A stretch of DNA of 59,747 nucleotides, filler included, from Basidiobolus ranarum (Eukaryota), in assembly GCA_040143965.1 (NCBI GenBank). It is 7 parts of 7 records of this genome, joined end to end, with 100 filler letters (N's around TTAATTAATTAA, not from the genome) between each part and the next. Parts side by side here need not be neighbours in the genome. Positions count along the whole stretch, not along the records: positions 51,319 to 59,747 come from JASJQH010000970.1; 6 more parts are not named here. The stretch is one strand, 5' to 3'. A program made the translations under genes and the position numbers. The notes under the pieces were generated by a model. The model searched no databases, was not told the origin of the DNA, and saw only the letters and a list, made by a program, of their open reading frames with translations. Each line of letters starts with the position of its first letter. The stretch's first letter is position 1. Shown here one piece after another: positions 51,717-59,747 of the stretch.

Positions 51717-52783
51717 GTTGCTTGAGGAGATTTTTGATAATGCTATTAAGCCTAGACACTTCTTTATTATATACTCCACATTTCTCCAGTCTCTACGACA
51801 ATAGTGAATATAATGTATCTGGAAATGTGAACTCTATTTGTTATTAGGGCCAATCAATACAGGCTCGATGAATAATCAAGCGCGAATATGGAATGCTTCT
51901 TAGTTTGGACCAGAAAATTATTCATCAAGTGAGTTTGCTAATACTCATTGGCAGAAGTGGAATTGACAGTAATTTGTATATTCAAATCAAGAATATTAGT
52001 GGAAATCGCAATTTCAAACCCTCCCCTGTCACACGACCAAATGGCCACTGTCAATCTGATAACATTCCATGGTGGTTACCAAATATATTCTAGATTTGAT
52101 ATTACCCTCTTCCAAATTTACTACAGAGCCCACTACAGAATCCGTTATCTCAAATCCATCTCACCATTTCAATAGTATGGGCGTTGTTATTAACATGTGT
52201 CATATTCATCTTTCCATTTTATTCTTACTTGCCCAAATGATGCGCTGAGTCAGAGATATCCATTAACTTACGATAGCAACGTAAATTACCTATAGCTATA
52301 TAAATCACCATACTCTGCAAGAACTCGGTCATCAACCCTATTTTAATCCAACCCACCAGAGCAACCCTTTGCGCTTATAACAAGACACCTTGTCCAAATG
52401 AACTGACCACTACAGGGTATGAAAATCAAGATTCTTCAGATTTGTAAAAAGGAACAATAAAAGAATCATCTACCCAAAGTTCCTAACAAACTCCTATCAG
52501 TTCCGATGTAGGTGAATCGAATAAACTTCCAACATCTACTGAGGATATGGAGAGTACTGTTCATAAGGTAAGAATATTGCTCATGAAGATTAATAAATGA
52601 TGTCAGATTCAATCCTTGAATGATATATGGAGTGACGCTTCATAATGACGTTAAAGCTACGAATGATTTATGACTATGTCTATGACCGTGATCATGACTC
52701 CAAATTCAATTACCTTCTTGGATATATAACTGAAGAACACATCCGCCGCACTAATGAGATCACTTTCCCTACCCATTTACACT

Positions 52784-53413
52784 ATGTCTCTTCGTACTTT
52801 GTTTACTTCTCGTTCTTTCTTAACCAAACCAGTATTATACACACCCCTTAGGGCTCAAGTAGCCCATTTCTCCGGGACATCTTTAGTTCAAGAAAAATCG
52901 GACCCAGAATCATACAGCATAGAAGAAATCACTGGATATCTAAAATCCAAATCACCTAAAGTATATCATTTCGAAAGCACTCATATCCCCTCCCCAAATT
53001 AACATATCCAACTATACTTTAGCAAACATTTCAACTATCTATCCGTCAACCTAGTGAAAATTCCAAGCAAGGTGATGCTGCTGTAGGATACAAAGTAACA
53101 GGTATGTATATAGAAGTGTTTGATTACCCCCTCCCTCTACTTTTAATAATTCATGATCTTCTCTTAAGCTCAGACAATCCTGGATAGTTTGAATGATATT
53201 GAAGATAAATCATCGGATCGCTTTCTGGTACAAGATGCAAATGAAATCGTATACATGACGAAGACCAGTGTGAAGCCAAAGTTTGAAGTAAAACTACACC
53301 AATTGACTAAGCAAGAATCAAAAGCAGGTATGGAACGAAAGACGGAATGGAGTGCGAAAGATCAGAAAATCAACACCACCTCTAATAAACGTGGCTCTCA
53401 ACCAGTCGGTTAA
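52784..53413 (+). CDS. Putative mitochondrial protein of unknown function (3 exons)
   Basis: Presequence-like MSLRTLFTSRSFLTKPVLYTPLRAQVAHFS; GT-AG introns join ORFs 52754-53002 and 53189-53413. Confidence 0.55.
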
Positions 53414-53546
53414 ACGCTTCAATGAGTTCTACATTTTTTATTTATATTCAATAAACTATGTTGTTATATATCAATCAAACAGTTCCATGGATGTTAGATA
53501 CTCTAGTAACTAATTAGAAACATATCAAGTGTAGCTGCGTCTCTCT

Positions 53547-55782
53547 TTACACTTCCAATATCTGGCCTTCAATTAATTTCTTAAAAGGTCCCTGATGAGA
53601 AACCAACTTCTCATAAGTGTCCATTTCTGCGATTTGTCCATTCTCAAGACAGATCACAACGTCCGAATTCTTGAGCGTAGAAAGACGATGAGCAATGGTA
53701 ATGACGGTACGATTACGAGTTAGTCGATCCAAAGCCTCTTGAACCAACTTCTCATTCTCACTATCCAAGGCACTGGTGGCTTCATCCAGAATCAACAAGA
53801 TCGGATCACACAAAAGTGCTCTAGCAATAGCGATTCTATCGAGGAATCATGCAAAGTTAATAAAAAAGTACAAACTAATCGTCATTATAATCTAACTACC
53901 TTTGTTTTTGACCGCCACTTAAAGCAACACCTCGTTCTCCAACGTAAGTATCTAAACCCTCTGGGAATTCTTCGATGAACCCACAATTGGCAATTTTAGC
54001 AGCTTCCTCAATCTCTACATCTAGAGCCTCTGGTTTCCCGTAGCGGATATTTTCTCTAATAGTGTTGGCAAAGAGAACTGGCTCTTGACTAACTATGGCA
54101 ATTTGGTTATGCCACCAATGAAGTTCTAAATCTTTCAGGTCTACTCCATCGATCTTCACGGCACCATTGATAGGATCATAGAAACGTAATAGAAGTGAGC
54201 CAATAGTGGTTTTACCAGCACCTGACGCCCCAGCGATAGCAAGAACGGAGTGTGCATTTAAAGTGAAGCTAAGTTGTTTGAATACTTGATTGTCAGGGCG
54301 AGTAGGATAAGCAAAATCGACATTCTCAAATTCAATTTTCCCCTTAAGCTCAGGAATGGTTTGTTGACCGTTTACCAAATTATCAGGTTTACGATCCAGT
54401 AATTGGAAGAGCCTAGTACAAGCACTCAAGCCTTTCATAGTTTCTGCAAAGAATGAAGCCAGTCCCATCATGGAATAGCCAGCATAGGCAGTATATATGA
54501 GGAAAGAAGATAACGCTCCGACCGATATCTCATTATCAAGAACCATGGTACCTCCCATGGATAATACCGCCAAAACAGTCAAGTTACCTGACATACCAGC
54601 AACACCATAAAAGATTCCACTAGCATAAGCCTCTTTTTTTGCCAACTTTAGAATGCTGTTGACTTGGCTTTCGTAGAATTGAGCCTCCACCTCTTCTTTG
54701 GTAAAAGCACGAACGGTACGTATATTACTGATACGTTCTTCAGCGGTCACATTGATATCACTTAGAGCATCTTGAGTTGAGCGTGAAAGTTTTTTAACTC
54801 GTCTACCGTACATGGCTGCTCCAACAGCAAATGGCGGGACAACTCCCATCATGGTCAACGAAAGTTTAGGAGAAATATATACCATCATGCCGAAGCCTAC
54901 AATGGCTGAGGCTAAACTTCTCAATCCATCAGAGAGATTGTTAGTCACAGTTTTAGCCGCTACAGTAGTATCTAAAGTCAATCGACTGACTAGATCAGAA
55001 CTACGCGTAGCATCGAAGAATGCTATTTCTTGGCTCATGATACTACGATAAAGTTTGGTACGAAGACGACCTGTGATTCGTTCGTTAGCCAGCTTCATTG
55101 TTACCACGCGACCAAAATTGGCAAATCCACCCAGCACAAACACACCAGCAAGCGCAGTGAAGAATTGATTTGGTGTCATATCAAGAGGAGCAGCACTTTT
55201 TTTCGTAACTACATCGACAATGCGACCTATAAGATATGGAACGGACTGTTGAAAATGCTTAACTCTTTGACCAAAATAATTATCGATATTTTCAAATGAT
55301 ACATACCATAGTAATGGCAGAAGAGGTACACAAGCATAATGCACCGGCTAATTTATAAAATATATCAGCATATACCAGTCAAAAAGAGTACCGGATTACT
55401 GTCACTTACCGAGCAATTTTGGAATATCTGGACTAGAAAGAGCTAGTAGTTTACTTAAACCGCCTTTTTTTCTCTTTTCTTTTACCACTTTGGTGATTTC
55501 GTCATTATCCTTAGTTTTTTGGCGCTCCAATTGCAATACTTGATTCCAAAAATCAACTTTCTCATTTATATCTAGAACACCAGGAAGTGTAACCAAACTT
55601 CTATATGACATAGACTCTACGGTCGTAGATAAAGTGCGGAGACCAATTCCAAGTTGACTTGACCGAAGACGGTTCAACGAGGCATGTGGTAAACGTCTTA
55701 ATTGTTGTGAAGCAGTTCGACAACTGTGTGCACTCTGGCATGATAGAGGGATAGTACGCTTTGAAGCGTTCAAGTGATACAT
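53547..55782 (-). CDS. MDL1: Mitochondrial ABC half-transporter, Mdl1/ABCB10-like (multi-exon)
   Basis: Presequence-like N-terminus, ABCB transmembrane domain ([21 protein letters not shown]), Walker [11 protein letters not shown]-loop [26 protein letters not shown] and IAHRLST. Confidence 0.92.
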
Positions 55783-57336
55783 ACTACAAATACTATTGAA
55801 GTAAATATATGCTCACTATACTTGTAGTTTATTAGGGCTTGGCCGACAACTCAAAAATATTCGTGCAGTCCGAAGGAAATAATTTCAATGATTTCAAATA
55901 CCAATGTTGAACAGGAAATTTGTGAAAAGGAAAATTCTTAGTATAACCCATTTTAAAATTTCGATCAATCTGATCCAGTGGTCACATTTCTGCATCCATC
56001 ATTTATTGTTGAATACCTTGGTACTATATCTGCCGCCAATAATGCAAACTAACTAATCCAATCAGAATAATATTTGACTTGCAAAAATTAAGGATGATGA
56101 ATGACGAAAGTTATCCCTAGATTAAGCGCGAAATGGAAGTAAATCACTTAGATATACTTGTATAGATGAGTGTATGCTTGTATGCTAGCGAAGTGAATCA
56201 CCTTATCGAGTGATCTATCAGCATATAAATAAAGCAACATTTCAGGCCAGTGTGAGCACTCAAAATCTATCAATTGGAAAACACCTACATTGCGCAACAG
56301 ATCAGGGGTTTGGCAAGAATTAGCCTAGATCTAGAGTGGCTAATTCCAAGCGAGCTAAATCAGAGGATGACCAATGGCAATGATGGCGATCCATGAAATA
56401 TATATGTACTAATACAGCTGGTATATTATCGAGATTATTCGTAGTCAATATTTTTAGCGCCGTCAATGTTTATGTTAGCTCTGGTAATCGCAATGACTTA
56501 CCTGGTTCATCGTATAAGAAAGATCGATTGTAACTGATACAATGAGTTACACACAACACTATCTGCCTCCAACATATCACTTTCAAAGCATGTGCTGCAT
56601 TGAAGGCTTGGCGAAAGGGTATTTGCTGTATAATGACTTAATGTAAGAAACCGATTCATCCAAGTTTAATCAGACTATGATGGGATGATTGGATCGAGTC
56701 AGGAGTGTACAAATATAAAGAATGAACTTTAATCAACTTTGCCCAATTAATCCCAGTTAAAACGGCCATTATATTTCGGAGCAGGATCACTTCCCATGCT
56801 ATCGCTAAACTATCGGAAAGTACTCAAATTTATTAGCGGACAAAACGGAAAGCCCTCACATAATGGAATGGATGTTGTGTTTTGGAAATTCGTCAGTGTC
56901 TAGTATAGGCCCAATTGGGGTTAGGATTCTTCCACCTGGGTGCTTTTCTTTGCCCATTTCTAGCAATACCGCAGGGGTGATCAATGGATATATTTATCAT
57001 TTATCCGCTCATTACGCTCATTACGTTGGTTGTTAAATATCGCTTTTAAAAATATCCTACTCTCATGATATTGAACTAAAAAGGGAAATTCTTGAGAAGG
57101 ATCCATGAATCAAAGTCTCCTGTATTTTCTTACTTCAAGTATTTGAATAAATACCCATCAGAAACCAAATTTCCTGGAGGTTTCTGTCCATTGATCAAAA
57201 CAAATCTCTTCAATTTCGGTTAAACTGACAGCCTTTCCACCCTAGTTAAACTCTTTACTCTTAGCATCCTATACACGTTATTTAGAGACGCCCTATCTAT
57301 CAAAACTATTCCCTCTTGGTTTCTTTTTAACTCAAA

Positions 57337-58560
57337 ATGGTCACTTTCTCTCCTGACTTTTGGGCTCCTGCTATGGATTCCAATGTCCGTCGCAGAGCTG
57401 AGCCCGGACTCTTTGGTGATACACCGGTGACACGCAGTGAGAAAATCCCTGTCCCCAAGACAACACCTAGCAATGTTCTTTCACTTCCTCTTCCTGAGCC
57501 CGATAATGATAACACATACTCGGATGATTCTGACTCTGAGCAAAACAAAAAGAATATCTTACAACGATTCTTCAATTCTCCCCCACCCTCAGAAAGTGGA
57601 GACAGTAAGCGTGCTAGTGTTAAACGCGACAACGTTCTCAGCAAGAAATACATATGCGATAAAGGTTGTATTGGACGTGGTGCTACTGCTGTTGTCCGTC
57701 TTGCTTACAAGATCGATTCTACAGATAAGGAGAAAATGTATGCAGTGAAGTCCTTTCGTCGTCGTAGAAAGGACGAAGGAGAGCGTGAATATGTGAAGAA
57801 ACTAACTTCTGAATTTTGTATCTCTTCTTCTTTACATCACACCAACGTAGTTGAAACCGTAGATCTTGTAATGGATGATAACGAACAGTGGTGTGAGGTT
57901 ATGGAGTTCTGCCCTGGTGGTGATTTGTATAACGTCATTAAAAGTGGCAGTATGTCAACTATTGAAATCAACTGCTGCTTCAAGCAACTTATTCAAGGTG
58001 TTGCTTATTTGCACTCTATGGGTGTTGCTCATCGTGATATCAAGCCGGAAAATCTACTTCTTGACAACAGAGGTCACTTAAAAATTACGGATTTTGGAGT
58101 TTCCGATGTGTTTAGAATGTGCTGGGAACGTCAAGCCCATCTATCTCGTGGTATATGCGGTTCTGAACCATATATAGCTCCAGAAGCATTTACAAGTAAA
58201 GAGTATGATGCTCGTGAAGTTGATATCTGGGCTTGTGGTATTGTTTACTATGCTATGACATATCATGGTATTCCTTTCCGTACGGCTACGAAGAATGACC
58301 CCAACTATAAAAACTTTTTGGAGCTTCGACGCCTTGGTTCCTACGAACCACTTAACAAACTACCTGATGGATGTCGTGAGCTTTTTATGTCTATACTGGA
58401 GCCCAATCCCGCCGAGCGGATCACAATGGAAGCTATTCTGGAAAATGAGTGGTTCAAAAGTATTGAAGTTTGCGACAACTGTGAATCCTCCGAAGGTCAC
58501 CATCGTCATTTCACAGAAGAAATGGAGTTAAAACGAAATATGAGTGTTAAGAGATACTGA
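57337..58560 (+). CDS. Ser/Thr protein kinase, fungal NPR/HAL family (Hrk1/Sat4-like)
   Basis: IGRGATAVV, YAVK, family-typical EYVKKLTSEFCISSSLHHTNVVETVDL, HRDIKPEN, DFG and GSEPYIAPE. Confidence 0.93.
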   Translation: MVTFSPDFWAPAMDSNVRRRAEPGLFGDTPVTRSEKIPVPKTTPSNVLSLPLPEPDNDNTYSDDSDSEQNKKNILQRFFNSPPPSESGDSKRASVKRDNVLSKKYICDKGCIGRGATAVVRLAYKIDSTDKEKMYAVKSFRRRRKDEGEREYVKKLTSEFCISSSLHHTNVVETVDLVMDDNEQWCEVMEFCPGGDLYNVIKSGSMSTIEINCCFKQLIQGVAYLHSMGVAHRDIKPENLLLDNRGHLKITDFGVSDVFRMCWERQAHLSRGICGSEPYIAPEAFTSKEYDAREVDIWACGIVYYAMTYHGIPFRTATKNDPNYKNFLELRRLGSYEPLNKLPDGCRELFMSILEPNPAERITMEAILENEWFKSIEVCDNCESSEGHHRHFTEEMELKRNMSVKRY

Positions 58561-59542
58561 ACCAATCTGCATCTTCTATAATATCATTACCCCGCTTCCT
58601 CCTTTACTTTCCGTGTATCATAGTCCGCCTAATTGTTGTCTCAGCGAAGGCCTCAACCCTGTGTTTCGAGTGTGAACGTCTAGTTTACCTGGTTGCCCAA
58701 TCAACCTAATAACTTTCCATTACACTCATGCAATGCACCTGTACAGTAGTTAGCAGTTCTTGCTTCATCAATCATCTTAAGATTTAATAAATTAAATGTC
58801 TAGCATCAATGTCACACTATTACGTATTCTTTACATCATACAGCTGTGTAATACAAATGCCTATTGAGATATACATGGCTGAAATTGGATTGATACCCAC
58901 TTTGATAACTTCGCCAAGCTTTGTTGCTGCCACAATGCTTGGAACCCACTTAGAAATCCATGAAATACGTGAACAATGCACCGTAGATAGTTACACATCA
59001 AGTATTGTGGCAATGGACGACAAACTTTCTAACCAAGAGCATGTGGTAAGATCCGATTAACTTTGCCGGTTTCAATCGATACGCCAGTCAAGATACATTT
59101 ATACTGAGCAAAGTTGCTTAAAGTGCGAAACAATATATTTGACGACACATGTGATCGGATGATTTTGTTCTTGACATCCTTAACCCTGACCTAGAGTCTA
59201 CTGCATGATAGGATTACATAGTGAGTAGTCTAGGAATCACAGTGTAGAATAGAGAATACCTTGTCAAATCCACTGGACTTGATCAAAAGTGGAGATTTTT
59301 TTGGGCTCCAAGTCTAGAGAATGTTAGCTAATCTTCATTTAATGAACCTTGGTAATTCATGATTAAATTCCACCTCATTAATAATCCCCATTCAATCAAA
59401 TGGATGAAATATCAAGGAAATATTGGTATATCGAGAGCTTTTTTTTTGATAAAAAATTTCGAATTTTCTATTTTCAATTTTGTATTTGGGTTTCAATATA
59501 GATATGATTTCTTTTTTCTTTTTCTTCGTCTAATTTTTAATT

Positions 59543-59747
59543 ATGGTTAAAAAAGCTGTGAAGATCGTTGAAGCTGTGGAATCTGAAGAGGAATGGGATG
59601 AGTCAGAGGAAAGTCAAAGTGAAGAAGTTGACGCCTCTGAAGAAGAAGATAATGCCGAATTGTCCCAATCAGAGGAGGAGCAAGGTGAAGAAGTAGAGGA
59701 CGAGGTGAAGGAAGACGTCGAAGAAGAGGAGGAGGAAGAAGAAGAAG
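59543..59747 (+). CDS. Start of a protein with a highly acidic N-terminus, truncated by the window end
   Basis: Open frame MVKKAVKIVEAVESEEEWDESEESQSEEVDASEEEDNAELSQSEEEQGEEVEDEVKEDVEEEEEEEEE to the end. Confidence 0.7.
   Translation, partial: MVKKAVKIVEAVESEEEWDESEESQSEEVDASEEEDNAELSQSEEEQGEEVEDEVKEDVEEEEEEEEE

Overview
Eukaryotic, AT-rich, intron-rich fungal DNA. The gene set points to an early-diverging, non-Dikarya lineage, but that is inference only. The window is not one locus: it is seven unlinked ~8.4-kb contigs in decreasing size order, joined by artificial 100-nt N44-TTAATTAATTAA-N44 linkers, so adjacency across linkers means nothing. Recognisable genes are TXNL4B/Dim2, exportin-5/Msn5, RPL38, Ded1/DDX3, a MOT1-type molybdate transporter, a chitin deacetylase, UDP-glucose 4-epimerase, TAF1, a PHOSPHO-type HAD phosphatase, AMP deaminase, Tim13, tropomyosin, a Zn2Cys6 transcription factor, a group I truncated haemoglobin, an Mdl1-like ABC transporter and an NPR/HAL kinase. 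Repeats include two copia-type LTR families (one with a Ty5/copia-like half-tRNA primer site and gag) and CpG-depleted relics of a CACTA/Tnp2 transposase. The best candidate for a new system is a secreted Kex2-processed repeat precursor encoding at least 11 HNGPH-[IV]xxxE-KR units. Also notable are two LTR-into-LTR junctions at the identical nucleotide.
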